DNA of 64,000 nucleotides from Gammaproteobacteria bacterium (GTDB lineage: Bacteria; Pseudomonadota; Gammaproteobacteria; Eutrophobiales; Eutrophobiaceae). The position numbers were made by a program, and so were the translations under genes. Numbering within the stretch: position 1 is the stretch's first letter; every line of letters begins with the position of its first letter. The stretch is from the NCBI GenBank assembly GCA_965221695.1, contig OZ244905.1, forward strand, positions 2,841,862 to 2,905,861, read 5' to 3'. Below, piece after piece: positions 28,343 to 38,110 of the stretch. Under the pieces are notes generated by a model, which ran no database searches, had not been told where the DNA came from, and was given only the letters and a program-made list of their open reading frames with translations.

Positions 28343-29146
28343 TTATGCTGCGAGCTTTTCTATCTTCCTGCGGAGGTCGTCTTCAGCCTCTAGTGATGAA
28401 ACCGCCGTGCCGGCGACATTGGTCAGCCGCGCTAGGTCCAGCCGGGGAATTTCCTGCTGATCCTCAAATACGATAATCGACTCAAACGAAAGATCGTGAA
28501 GCAGGAAGTGGGAAAGCATGATTGTCGTCAGCCGCGCCTTGTCTCGATTGGGAACCCCGTATAAGAATATTGGCGCTCCTTCCCGGCCTTGCAACCTATA
28601 ATCCACAGGATAATCGTCTCCGTTAGGTACACCCTGCGGGACGAAATCCGTCTCGATCTTATCCTCGTCGACGATCTCAAACATCAGGGTCTTGAGATCT
28701 TCGTAAAACATCGACGTTACTCGTCCTCGACTTAGAAATGTCAGGTCATAAATCTTTGTTAACGCCTGACCAAACTTGAATAGACTGTCTCCGATCTGGT
28801 CAGGCGGCGTCACAGTTGTAAAGGTCCCGTGTTTCTCATCAATGCCGCTCTCACGCACAATTTGTTCACGAAGTACAGCTCGGGCGCCGTCATAGAGGGC
28901 GTCAACATCTTGCTCATAGCTCATGTGCATAAGCGTGTGACCACGATCGCTTAACATAATGCTACCCGCCTGAGTTTCGGACAGATAAACCGGATAATGA
29001 TCGCCGTCGGGGAACGTGAACGGCGTTTCCAGCATAAGCACGCCATCATCGCGTTCATGCAAGCGGACCTTCGCACAAAGCCTCTCGCATAACGCCTGTT
29101 CCAGAAGCGCTCGATCAAGCTCCATCGAACAGATCCGGTTCATCAT
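28343..29146 (-). CDS. hypothetical protein, DUF1828/DUF1829-like
   Basis: 267-aa ORF. The N-terminal block LETPFTFPDGDHYPVYLSETQAGSIMLSDRGHTL resembles DUF1828 from memory. No catalytic motif recognised. Confidence 0.45.
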   Translation of the reverse strand: MMNRICSMELDRALLEQALCERLCAKVRLHERDDGVLMLETPFTFPDGDHYPVYLSETQAGSIMLSDRGHTLMHMSYEQDVDALYDGARAVLREQIVRESGIDEKHGTFTTVTPPDQIGDSLFKFGQALTKIYDLTFLSRGRVTSMFYEDLKTLMFEIVDEDKIETDFVPQGVPNGDDYPVDYRLQGREGAPIFLYGVPNRDKARLTTIMLSHFLLHDLSFESIIVFEDQQEIPRLDLARLTNVAGTAVSSLEAEDDLRRKIEKLAA

Positions 29147-29298
29147 GTTGGGCAGTCAGGTTCTGCACACTAGAATCTTCGATAAGACAGGCAAGCGCTC
29201 CCTCCAAGGTCTTGTATCGATCCGTCTCTTCGGCATGGCTATCAATTTTTCTACCCGCAGAAAAGGCCTCCTCAGTTGCATGATGAATATGGCATAGA

Positions 29299-29764
29299 TA
29301 GCTGTGGTGTCCACACTCACCCGCTTGAAATCATCGGCTTTAACCGCCCTGTTCGCCACCCCGGCGCTCACCGTCACCTGGAATATCCTCTCACATCCCG
29401 ACTCCCCAATCCGTTGACGAAACCGCGTTAAACTGATCGGGTCTATCGGCGGAACATGCTGAAAGTGCGTCTCACCACAAAAATACTGCCAGTACGGATT
29501 CTCCACCCAGCCTGCTACCACTGCCTCGTCCGACAACCCATAACAATGCTTCAGATACTGCAACCCCACCATCAACCGCATCGGCTTCCCCGGACTACCG
29601 TTGTCCGGGCAGTACAGCGAACCGAATTCCCGGTCAAACACCGACCACGTTATCAGGTCGGCCAGGCGATATAAGGTATGGCGTTGATTGAGCAGGTTGT
29701 CTAAGCGTTCGCGGAACAGATCTGAGGAGGAGCGGTTATCGGCATCAGCTTGCTTAGGGGTCAT
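29299..29764 (-). pseudogene. IS5-family transposase, N-terminal (DUF772/InsH-N) fragment only
   Basis: LFRERLDNLLNQRHTLYRLADLITW...PGKPMRLMVGLQYLKHCYGLSDEAVVAGWVENPYWQYFCGETHFQH is the conserved IS5 N-terminal domain. Similarity stops near VSVDTT and no DDE domain follows. The track ORF 29156-29764 runs on into unrelated sequence. Confidence 0.7.
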
Positions 29765-30006
29765 GGTTTGCCTCTGCTATTGCAAGGAAATGAAGGTTCA
29801 TTATACCAAAACCGGCAATAACCGTCCAGGGAAAATGACAACTTAGCGCAATATAATCAATAAGTTACAAATGGATTTAGGGTAATTCAGGGGCGACTAA
29901 ATAACGTATCTATGCACTGTCTTGTTTGATTAACTAACATTGCATACGTCTCCTTGGTTGTTATGGCGCTCAGAGTAGCAAGTAAAAGTCCCGCAAGTTT
30001 GGCTTG

Positions 30007-30663
30007 TTATGTACTCTCCAGCTTGTCTTTTAGCTGCGACAACAGTGATATCAAACTCTGCCGTATAGCAATAGCCGTATCTCTGCCTGCAAAATAAACG
30101 TAATTTGGAAGCGCTATTCCGATATTGAGGTCGTAATAATATAAAGTTGAAGCGGTGTCCTCAGAACTGCTTAGAGCCAGGCTGTTATATATATTTTCTT
30201 CTTCTTCCGTATCTAATTCGTAGTCGCCAAAGCCCCTGATAACAAAAGGCTTAAGAGGGGCGGTGGGCTTCACGCTATATTCAATCTCAATCTCTGATTC
30301 AGTTCTAAGATATACTAGAGCAGGAACTGGAGCTTCAAACCTGACTAAACGAGGCGTGATGACAATGTCATATTCGTTTTCATCAACTGAGCCTGACTTG
30401 ATATCAACAGTTTCGTACGCTGAGCTCAGACTATCTTTAATCGCATAAGAAAGATACTGGCCAATATCATACTGAAATATCGCCATTAGTTGCGATTCAT
30501 TGTGAACGTGTTTCACAAATTCATCGTCAATCACGACCAGTACTTTATCCGAAATCAGATCAGGGGACGCTTCAAATGCCGCTTTTGGCACTGGCACAGT
30601 TACTTGTACTGCACTACAAGCCACTAAAACCACAGATAAAAGAATAATTGTTAATTTATTCAC
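30007..30663 (-). CDS. putative lipoprotein, AT-rich foreign-looking gene
   Basis: GTG at 30663 is preceded by GGGGGGAGA. N-terminus VNKLTIILLSVVLVAC has the lipobox LVAC. The segment is visibly AT-rich compared with its flanks. Confidence 0.55.
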   Translation of the reverse strand: MNKLTIILLSVVLVACSAVQVTVPVPKAAFEASPDLISDKVLVVIDDEFVKHVHNESQLMAIFQYDIGQYLSYAIKDSLSSAYETVDIKSGSVDENEYDIVITPRLVRFEAPVPALVYLRTESEIEIEYSVKPTAPLKPFVIRGFGDYELDTEEEENIYNSLALSSSEDTASTLYYYDLNIGIALPNYVYFAGRDTAIAIRQSLISLLSQLKDKLEST

Positions 30664-30728
30664 TGTATCTCCCCCCAGTATTTTCCAATACTGGAATGAG
30701 CCTGAAGTAGAGAGATTCCGCCCCGGTC

Positions 30729-31349
30729 TCAAGCCCGTTTGTATTCCTGTTCATGGATGGTTGTAAAGAGGTCCCGGCGCGCCTGTTGCAGCGCGACCGC
30801 GGCCGCGTTGTCGCTGATACCGTAAGCGACCTGGTCCAGTATCTCAAAGCTTACGTCCGGTTTCAAATAGGTCGCAGCATTGTCCAGGGACTTGAGTTTC
30901 TCATAGGGGGTCATGAGGTTCATGTAAGGGTAACGCTTGCGCTGTTTTCCCTTCTTGTCGGTGACGGTCTCCGGAAACAGGCAGGGCCGGTGGTAGTTCA
31001 CATACGGGTTGAGATGCTGCCGGTGAAACTCGTTCAGTGGGCTGGCCCAGCGACGCGGGATATGGGCATGGCCTAAGAGCTTGCGTACCACGTGGCCGTT
31101 CTTGCACTCCACCAGGGCATTGTCGTTGCTGTGCCGGGCGCGGGACTTGGTGAGTTCAATACCTATCAGTACGCCCCGATCCGCCTTGTCGCAGCCCAGG
31201 TAATCAAACTTCACCAGGGTGCGCAGTATCCAGTCATACCGGCTCTGCTTGTCACCGGCCACCTCGAAGGCCACCTGCTGGGTCCCCGCGAGAAAGGCGC
31301 GCACATGGTGAATCGTTGTTAACTCGTTGGCATTCATGATCGTTTTCAT
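30729..31349 (-). pseudogene. DDE/rve-type transposase relic with internal deletion
   Basis: The N-terminal block MNANELTTIHHVRAFLAGTQQVAFEV...LVKFDYL joins directly to the C-terminal end of an integrase-core domain (SRARHSNDNALVECKNG...NYHRPC...MTPYEKLKSL). The DD part of the catalytic core is missing. Confidence 0.6.
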
Positions 31350-31412
31350 CCTCGCATCATGAACGGAAACACGGGCCGATTCAGGCTCATTTCATATTGG
31401 AAAACTCTAAAT

Positions 31413-31441
31413 TTGCAGATAGTACTGCATAGCCGTATAAT
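31413..31441 (+). promoter_or_regulatory. sigma-70 promoter of the toxin-antitoxin pair
   Basis: TTGCAG (31413-31418), 17 nt, TATAAT (31436-31441). The ATG of the toxin gene is 6 nt after the -10 box. The palindrome TGCAG-atagta-CTGCA overlaps the spacer. Confidence 0.55.
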
Positions 31442-31447
31442 AGCGTT

Positions 31448-31759
31448 ATGCGTACAGTTGTTGAGACAAGGACGTTCAGTGCACAAGCGGCCAAGGTGTG
31501 GGCCGCTGAACAATACCAGGAATTTGTCGCATATATAGCTAACAACCCTGATGCAGGCGTAGTTATTCCGGGGACTGGTGGCGTAAGAAAAATTCGCTGG
31601 AATAAACAAGGATCAGGAAAACGCAGTGGAGTCCGTATAATTTACTTCAACAACTCCGATTATGAAACCTGGCTGCTTGCTATTTATGACAAGAGTGAAC
31701 GTGAAAGTATACCGTCGCATGAATTAAAGAAAATCAGAGACACCATCCATGAACAATGA
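31448..31759 (+). CDS. RelE/HigB-like type II toxin (COG4737-like)
   Basis: 103 aa; MRTVVETRTFSAQAAKVW...GVRKIRWNKQGSGKRSGVRIIYF pattern. Overlaps the downstream HTH gene by 11 nt. Confidence 0.7.
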   Translation: MRTVVETRTFSAQAAKVWAAEQYQEFVAYIANNPDAGVVIPGTGGVRKIRWNKQGSGKRSGVRIIYFNNSDYETWLLAIYDKSERESIPSHELKKIRDTIHEQ

Positions 31760-32030
31760 AATGAGTAAAGCGGGACGGGCGCTGCTTGATGATGTGATTG
31801 CTATCAAGAAAGGCGCGCCCACTAAAATCTGGTCACCGGAACAGTTACTGGTTATTTCCGTGCGTAAACAACTTAAAATGTCACAGTCGGTCTTTTCAAG
31901 ATTATTAGGCATTCCTGTATCTACACTCAGGGATTGGGAACAAGGGCGCAAACAGCCCGATAGCGCCGCAATTACCCTAATCAAGGTCGCGCAAAAGCAC
32001 CCTGAAGCATTGGAAGACATTGCAGCTTGA
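31749..32030 (+). CDS. HTH (XRE-type) antitoxin, HigA/NadS-like
   Basis: 93 aa; LKMSQSVFSRLLGIPVSTLRDWEQGRKQP helix-turn-helix. Confidence 0.7.
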   Translation: MNNEMSKAGRALLDDVIAIKKGAPTKIWSPEQLLVISVRKQLKMSQSVFSRLLGIPVSTLRDWEQGRKQPDSAAITLIKVAQKHPEALEDIAA

Positions 32031-32037
32031 TTGCGTT

Positions 32038-32222
32038 GGCGACATTGGTCAACCGCGCCAGGACCATCCGGGGAATTTCCTGCTGATCCTCAAATACGAT
32101 AATCGAATCAAACGAAAAACCGTTCCTCGTCGACGTTCTCAAAATCAGGGGCTTGGGATCTTAGTAAAACATCGACGTTACTTGTCCTCAATTTAGAAAT
32201 GTCAGATCGTAAACCTTTTCGC
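32038..32222 (-). pseudogene. decayed fragment of a paralog of the 28343-29146 gene
   Basis: 32038-32118 is about 93 percent identical to 28412-28492. 32119-32222 is about 85 percent identical to 28662-28757. Two internal deletions, and the stop-proximal part is missing. Confidence 0.75.
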
Positions 32223-32304
32223 GTACGGAGGCGCTCAGTTGCATTCAGCTAATACTACTAATGATATTTCTTGCCGGATTGGATAATATTCATTAAATTG
32301 GTAG

Positions 32305-33693
32305 TTGTTCAGATTTTCCATGAAGACACTCATCCCCCAACTGTTCTCCGTTCTCGCAACAGCCGTTCTTGCCGGGTGTGCTGTTTCTGCGATCTCGCCT
32401 GAGGTCAGGGACCCGGATCTGCCCGAAAGCTGGCGCGGGGTGGATGACTATGTCGCGGTCGAAGACGGTTGGTTGGGGCAACTGGGTGATGCGGAGCTCA
32501 GTGGCCTGGTGGATGTTGCCATGCAGCGGAACTACCAGTTGGCGCAACTGGCCGCGCAGGTCGAGGCGGCGCAGCAGGCTGCGGTCATCAGCGGCGCGGC
32601 GCGGCTTCCAGAGTTGTCCCTGGGGTTCGACTCTTCGCGCCGGCGGGTGATCAGCAACCAGTTCGGGATTACCCGCACCTCCAGTAATTTTGAGTTGGGC
32701 CTGGACCTGGCCTGGGAAATCGATGCCTGGGGCAAGCTCCGGGATGTTGAGAAGCAGGCCAACCTGAAGCTGATGGCGGCGCAGGCGCGCTACACGGACA
32801 GCCGCCGCAGGCTGGCGGCACAGGTGGCGCGGGCCTGGTTCAATGTCGTCGGCGCCCGGGAATTGCTGGCATTGCTGCGCGAACGGCTGACCAACCTGGA
32901 GCAAGACCTGGACATCATCGAACGTGCTTATAACCAGGGTTTGACCGGCGCGTTGGACGTGTACCTGGCCCGCGCCGGCACCGATCAGGAACGCTCCCGC
33001 ATCGCCGCGCAAGAGCAATTGCTGACGGAATACCGGGTGGCATTGCAGTTGCTGCTGGGGGATTATCCGGACGGCAGCCTGGAGGCCAGCAATACCCTCC
33101 CGGTGTTGGAAGCGCCCATTCCGACGGGTCTGCCGTCTGAGCTTGTCCGCCGCAGGCCAGACCTGCAGCAGGCCTGGATGAGCCTGCTGGCCAGTGACGC
33201 CGCAGTCGCGATTGCCCACAAACAACGCTTTCCGCGCATCTCCCTGGTGGCCTCCGGCAATGATGTCTCCGACGACCTGACCAGCTTGCTGGACGGCACT
33301 GCGCTGGCCTGGTCGGCGCTGGGCAACCTGACCCAGCCGCTGTTCAACCGGGGCCGGCTGAAAGCGCAGGAGCAACAGGCCCGGGCACAACTGGTACAGG
33401 CCGAAAACCAGTACCTGGATAGCTTGTACCAGGCATTCTCGGAGGTGGAGACCGCGCTCAGCCGCAACCGGACATTGCAGACCCGCTACCGGGTCACCCT
33501 GGCCGCGGAGAAAAACGCGGTGACCGGGCTGACTCTCGCATTTGAACAATACCAGCGCGGACTGGTCCCATATACTACGGTACTGGAGGCACAGCGGCGC
33601 GCATTTGATATACAATCCGGGGTTATCGACTTGCGCAAACAGCTTTTACAGAACAGGGTTACCCTGTACCTGGCCCTGGGTGGCGACTATTGA
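32305..33693 (+). CDS. RND efflux outer-membrane factor lipoprotein (NodT family)
   Basis: 462 aa; lipobox LAGCA. Two-repeat OMF architecture, followed by MFP and RND genes. Confidence 0.85.
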   Translation: MFRFSMKTLIPQLFSVLATAVLAGCAVSAISPEVRDPDLPESWRGVDDYVAVEDGWLGQLGDAELSGLVDVAMQRNYQLAQLAAQVEAAQQAAVISGAARLPELSLGFDSSRRRVISNQFGITRTSSNFELGLDLAWEIDAWGKLRDVEKQANLKLMAAQARYTDSRRRLAAQVARAWFNVVGARELLALLRERLTNLEQDLDIIERAYNQGLTGALDVYLARAGTDQERSRIAAQEQLLTEYRVALQLLLGDYPDGSLEASNTLPVLEAPIPTGLPSELVRRRPDLQQAWMSLLASDAAVAIAHKQRFPRISLVASGNDVSDDLTSLLDGTALAWSALGNLTQPLFNRGRLKAQEQQARAQLVQAENQYLDSLYQAFSEVETALSRNRTLQTRYRVTLAAEKNAVTGLTLAFEQYQRGLVPYTTVLEAQRRAFDIQSGVIDLRKQLLQNRVTLYLALGGDY

Positions 33694-33694
33694 T

Positions 33695-34903
33695 ATGAAA
33701 AAACTACTGCCTGTGATTATCCTGGTAGCCCTCGTCGGATTGACGTTCCTGGTCCTGTTCAATCCGCCGAAGGCGGAGCGCGAGACGGCGCCCGCAGGAC
33801 CGCAACTCAAGGTCGAGGCGCTGGAATTGGAACGGCGGCCGTACCAGGTGAACCTGCAAAGTTATGGCACAGTGCAGCCGCGCACCCGGAGCATGCTGGT
33901 GGCACAGGTCTTCGGTGAGATTACCTCGATCAACGACAGCCTGAGAACAGGCGGTTTTTTCGAAAAAGGCGATGTGCTACTCAATATCGACCAGCGCGAT
34001 TACCTGGCCAATGTAAGGATTGCCGAAGGGTCTTTGCTGGAGGCAAAACAGGCGTTGGCCCAGGAACAGGCCCGCTCCGTGCAGGCGCTGGAAGACTGGC
34101 AGCGCTTGGGCAACCGGGGCGAGGCCTCTGAACTGACACTGCGTAAACCGCAACTGGCCGCCGCCGAAGCGCGCGTGTTATCGGCCCAGTCCACGCTGGA
34201 CAAGGCGCGCCTGGAACTGGAGCGCACCCGCATCGTCGCGCCTTACGCGGGGCGGGTCATGAACAAGCTGGTCGACCAGGGCCAGGTGGTGAACCGGAAC
34301 TCGCCGCTGGCGGAGATTTACGCGGTGGATTACGTCGAGGTGCGCTTGCCGCTGCGCAACCGCGACCTGGCGTTTATCGACCTGCCGGAGAATTACCGGT
34401 TCGATGCCGGTGAGCAGGCCGACGGTCCGCGGGTAACAATCCGTTCCGAACTGGCGGGCGAGTCAACCTGGCAGGGCAGGGTGGTGCGCACCGAGGGCGC
34501 CATCGATGAAAGCGCCAGGCAACTGCACGTGGTGGCGCAGGTGGACGACCCGTTCGGTATCCATGCGCGCGGGCGCGCGCCCCTGAAGATAGGCCAGTAC
34601 GTGACCGCCGAAGTGGAGGGCAGGCTGGTTCCGGACGCACTGCTGATCCCGGGCAGCGCGATCTACCAGGGGGGGTATGTCTATACCGCGGAAAACGGCA
34701 TACTGCAGCGGCGTGAAATCGATGTCGTCTGGCAGAACAGCGCCGAGGCCATGATCGGCAGCGGGCTGGATACCGGCGACCTGCTGGTATTGACGCCGCT
34801 CGGACAGGTCACCTCAGGGGTGCGCGTGATAGTGTCGGAACAGCCGGCCGGGGCCGAACGCGCGCTGCGCGCGGACATGCCGGCACAAGGTGGTGAGTCA
34901 TGA
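33695..34903 (+). CDS. RND efflux periplasmic adaptor (MFP/HlyD family)
   Basis: ATG at 33695 lies 1 nt after the OMF stop. N-terminus MKKLLPVIILVALVGLTF. Overlaps the RND gene by 4 nt. Confidence 0.85.
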   Translation: MKKLLPVIILVALVGLTFLVLFNPPKAERETAPAGPQLKVEALELERRPYQVNLQSYGTVQPRTRSMLVAQVFGEITSINDSLRTGGFFEKGDVLLNIDQRDYLANVRIAEGSLLEAKQALAQEQARSVQALEDWQRLGNRGEASELTLRKPQLAAAEARVLSAQSTLDKARLELERTRIVAPYAGRVMNKLVDQGQVVNRNSPLAEIYAVDYVEVRLPLRNRDLAFIDLPENYRFDAGEQADGPRVTIRSELAGESTWQGRVVRTEGAIDESARQLHVVAQVDDPFGIHARGRAPLKIGQYVTAEVEGRLVPDALLIPGSAIYQGGYVYTAENGILQRREIDVVWQNSAEAMIGSGLDTGDLLVLTPLGQVTSGVRVIVSEQPAGAERALRADMPAQGGES

Positions 34904-37900
34904 TCGACTGGTTTGCCAGAAACCATGTAGCCGCAAACCTGCTGCTGTTCTGTATCATCATGGGCGGTCTGTACACACTGGTCTCATCGTTGAAGCTGGA
35001 CCTGTTCCCGGAAACCGAACCTGACGTGATCAATGTGCTGGTGCCCTTGCGCGGCGCCACACCGGAAGATATGGAACTGGGTGTGGCCATCCGTATCGAG
35101 GAAGCGGTGCAGGACCTCGAGGGCATCGACCAGATAACCAGCCGCTCCGTCGAAGGCAGCGCCAGCGTCAACATTGAAGTGGATTCCGATTACGACCCCC
35201 GGGATTTGCTCAATGACATCAAGAACCGGGTCGATTCCATCAATACCTTCCCCGCCGACACGGAGAAGCCGGTGGTAAGCCTGGCTCAACGCACGAGACC
35301 GGTCATCTCGCTGGTGGTTGCAGGCGCTTACAGCGAAAAGGAAATCCGCAGTTTTGCCGAGCAGGTGCGGGACGACCTGCTGCGCACCGGCGACATTACC
35401 CAGGTCGCGCTGGACGCGGTAAGGAACTATGAAATCAGCATAGAAGCGTCCCAGGACCGGCTGCGTGAGTTCAACCTGACCCTGGCGGATATTGCCCGGG
35501 CCGTACAACGCAGCTCGGTGGATGTCTCCGCCGGCAATGTCCGCACCGAAGGGGGCGATGTACTCATCCGTTCCAAGGGGCAGGCCTACCGGCGCGCGCA
35601 ATTCGAGGATATCGTGGTAAAGACCAACCCGGACGGCAGCATCATCCGCGTCACCGATGTGGCCACGGTGAATGACGGCTTCCAGGAAGTGTTGCTGAAA
35701 GCGGAATTCAACGGCGAGTTTGCCGCCCTGGTCCAGGTTTTCCGGGTCGGTGACCAGGACGCGATAGATATTGCCGACAGGGTGAAAGACTATGTCACAA
35801 AGAGGCAGGCCACCCTGCCGGTAGGCATGACCCTGGACTACTGGAACGACAGGTCCACGGTTCTGAAAGCGCGTCTTGGCACCTTGATCAATAACGGCAT
35901 ACAAGGCAGTATCCTGGTGATCGTGTTGCTGACGATGTTTCTCAGGCCGGCCGTCGCGTTCTGGGTATTCATCGGTATTCCGGCCAGTTTCCTCGGCGCG
36001 TTGATGCTCTTGCCGGTCCTTAACGTCACGATAAACCTGCTCAGCCTGTTGGGGTTCATCATCGTGCTGGGCATTGTTGTGGACGATGCAATTGTCACCG
36101 GGGAGAATATCTACACCCGGCTGCGCGCGGGCGAAGAACCGCTCACCGCCTCCATCCTCGGTACCAAACAGGTAGCGGTGCCGGTGACTTTCGGCATCCT
36201 GACGACCATTGCGGCCTTCAGCCCCCTGGCCTTTGTCGAAGGGCGGATGGGAGATTTCATCGGCGCAATACCGGCCGTCGTCATTCCATGCCTGTTGTTT
36301 TCCCTGATCGAGTCGAAACTGGTGTTGCCGGCGCACCTCAAAACGATAAGGGTGCGCGAAAACGGGGCGTCGCTCACGGGTTTCAGCGGCTTTCAACAGC
36401 GTTTCGCCGACGGTTTCGAACGCTTTATTCGTGATTATTTCCGGCCGTTGCTGCGCCATGCGCTGGAATATCGTTACTCGGTCCTTGCCGCGTTTATTGG
36501 AGTCCTGCTGTTGACCCTGGCGCTGGTGCTGAGCGGCTGGGCCAAGTTCGTATTTTTTCCGCGCATAGAAGCGGATACCGCCACCGTTACCCTGAGCATG
36601 CCGGTCGGTACGCCGTTCGAGGTAACGGACAGGCACATTCAACGTATTACCGATACCGCGTTCGAGTTGAAGCGCAAATATCCGAACGGAGAAGGAGGGG
36701 AGTCGATTATTCGCAATATCCTCTCCACTACCGGTTCCGCAAACGTATCGAGCGGGGGGCCGGGCGGTACTATCAGTCGCGGTGATAATAGGGGCCAGGT
36801 CATCATTGAGACGTTGCCTTCTGATGATCGTCTGATCGATATCACTACCACGGACCTGGTCAGGGAATGGCGCCGCGCCATAGGTATTGTGCCCGGCGCC
36901 GAATCGCTGACTTTCCGTTCCGAACTGATCCGCACCGGCGACCCGTTAAACATCCAGATCAGCGCGCACTCGCTGGAGACTCTGGCAGAGATAGGCGACC
37001 AGGTAAAACAGCGACTGGCCACCTATCCCACGGTGTTTGACATCGCCGACAGCTTGTCCGACGGCAAGGAAGAGATACGCATCGAACTGACCCCGCAAGG
37101 CCATGTGTTGGGCCTGACCCGATCCGCGATCGCAAACCAGGTCGCCCAGGCGTTTCGCGGGTTTGAAGCACAGCGCATACAACGCGGACGGGACGACATT
37201 CGGGTGATAGTGCGTTTGCCGAGGGAGGAACGCAGCGCCACCGCAACCCTGGATGAGTACCTGATCAGCACACCGGACGGCCGGGAAGTGCCGCTCTCCC
37301 ATGTAGCCACCCTGACACCTGACAAGGGACCGGCAACGATCAAGCGTATCGACCGCTATCGCACGATGAACGTCACCGCCGATATCGACAAGGACAAAAC
37401 CAATATGACGGTGCTGCAGGCTGAACTCAATGAATACCTGCAAGCCCTGCTGGTCAATTATCCCGGCGTCTCATATAGTTTTGAAGGGGAGGCCAAGGAA
37501 CAACGCCAGTCGTTTGCCAGCATGGAATGGGGGATGATTGTCGTATTGTTAGCCATTTACGTGTTGCTGGCGCTGCCCCTGAAGTCCTACGTCCAGCCCC
37601 TGATCGTTATGTCGGTGATTCCCTTCGGCATTATCGGCGCGGTCTGGGGGCACTGGATCATGGGGCGCGACCTGACCATGCCGAGCGTTTTCGGCCTGAT
37701 GGCCCTGGTCGGGGTAGTGGTTAACGACAGCCTGGTGCTGGTAGATTTCATCAACCAGCAGCGGGCAAAAGGCAAAAGCCTGCTGGATGCGGTATTGAAT
37801 GCAGGCGTCGCCCGCTTTCGGCCGGTGCTGCTGACCTCGCTCACGACCTTCTTCGGCCTGTTGCCGCTGCTGTTCGAAACATCAATACAGGCGCAGTTCC

Positions 37901-38070
37901 TGATCCCCATGGGTATCTCCCTCGGCTTCGGCATCCTGTTTGCGACTGCCATCACCCTGATCATGGTGCCGGCAAACGTCATCATCGTCGACGACCTGAG
38001 CCGCTTCATAAACACCTTGTTCCGTGACCCGCGCGGACAAGCTGAAACGATCCAACCGCATACCCCTTGA
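34900..38070 (+). CDS. RND efflux permease (AcrB/AcrD/AcrF family)
   Basis: 1056 aa with a 12-TM RND pattern; MIDWFARNHVAANLLL N-terminus. Confidence 0.9.
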   Translation: MIDWFARNHVAANLLLFCIIMGGLYTLVSSLKLDLFPETEPDVINVLVPLRGATPEDMELGVAIRIEEAVQDLEGIDQITSRSVEGSASVNIEVDSDYDPRDLLNDIKNRVDSINTFPADTEKPVVSLAQRTRPVISLVVAGAYSEKEIRSFAEQVRDDLLRTGDITQVALDAVRNYEISIEASQDRLREFNLTLADIARAVQRSSVDVSAGNVRTEGGDVLIRSKGQAYRRAQFEDIVVKTNPDGSIIRVTDVATVNDGFQEVLLKAEFNGEFAALVQVFRVGDQDAIDIADRVKDYVTKRQATLPVGMTLDYWNDRSTVLKARLGTLINNGIQGSILVIVLLTMFLRPAVAFWVFIGIPASFLGALMLLPVLNVTINLLSLLGFIIVLGIVVDDAIVTGENIYTRLRAGEEPLTASILGTKQVAVPVTFGILTTIAAFSPLAFVEGRMGDFIGAIPAVVIPCLLFSLIESKLVLPAHLKTIRVRENGASLTGFSGFQQRFADGFERFIRDYFRPLLRHALEYRYSVLAAFIGVLLLTLALVLSGWAKFVFFPRIEADTATVTLSMPVGTPFEVTDRHIQRITDTAFELKRKYPNGEGGESIIRNILSTTGSANVSSGGPGGTISRGDNRGQVIIETLPSDDRLIDITTTDLVREWRRAIGIVPGAESLTFRSELIRTGDPLNIQISAHSLETLAEIGDQVKQRLATYPTVFDIADSLSDGKEEIRIELTPQGHVLGLTRSAIANQVAQAFRGFEAQRIQRGRDDIRVIVRLPREERSATATLDEYLISTPDGREVPLSHVATLTPDKGPATIKRIDRYRTMNVTADIDKDKTNMTVLQAELNEYLQALLVNYPGVSYSFEGEAKEQRQSFASMEWGMIVVLLAIYVLLALPLKSYVQPLIVMSVIPFGIIGAVWGHWIMGRDLTMPSVFGLMALVGVVVNDSLVLVDFINQQRAKGKSLLDAVLNAGVARFRPVLLTSLTTFFGLLPLLFETSIQAQFLIPMGISLGFGILFATAITLIMVPANVIIVDDLSRFINTLFRDPRGQAETIQPHTP

Positions 38071-38110
38071 TTCCCGACCTCCCCTGAGATCGCAGGCGTT
38101 CACTCAACGA

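Noticed and set aside
29156-29298. C-terminal 47 codons of the track ORF 29156-29764
   Set aside because: Similarity to IS5 transposases ends near residue 155 (VSVDTT). The remainder is read-through into unrelated sequence after a truncation, so the whole ORF is treated as a pseudogene fragment.
32293-36642. Very long antisense ORFs opposite the RND efflux genes (32293-33615 minus, 440 aa; 34984-36642 minus, 552 aa)
   Set aside because: Their composition is the Arg/Gly/Pro/Gln-rich bias typical of shadow frames in GC-rich DNA. The sense-strand products carry clear OMF and RND family blocks. The antisense ORFs have no motifs.
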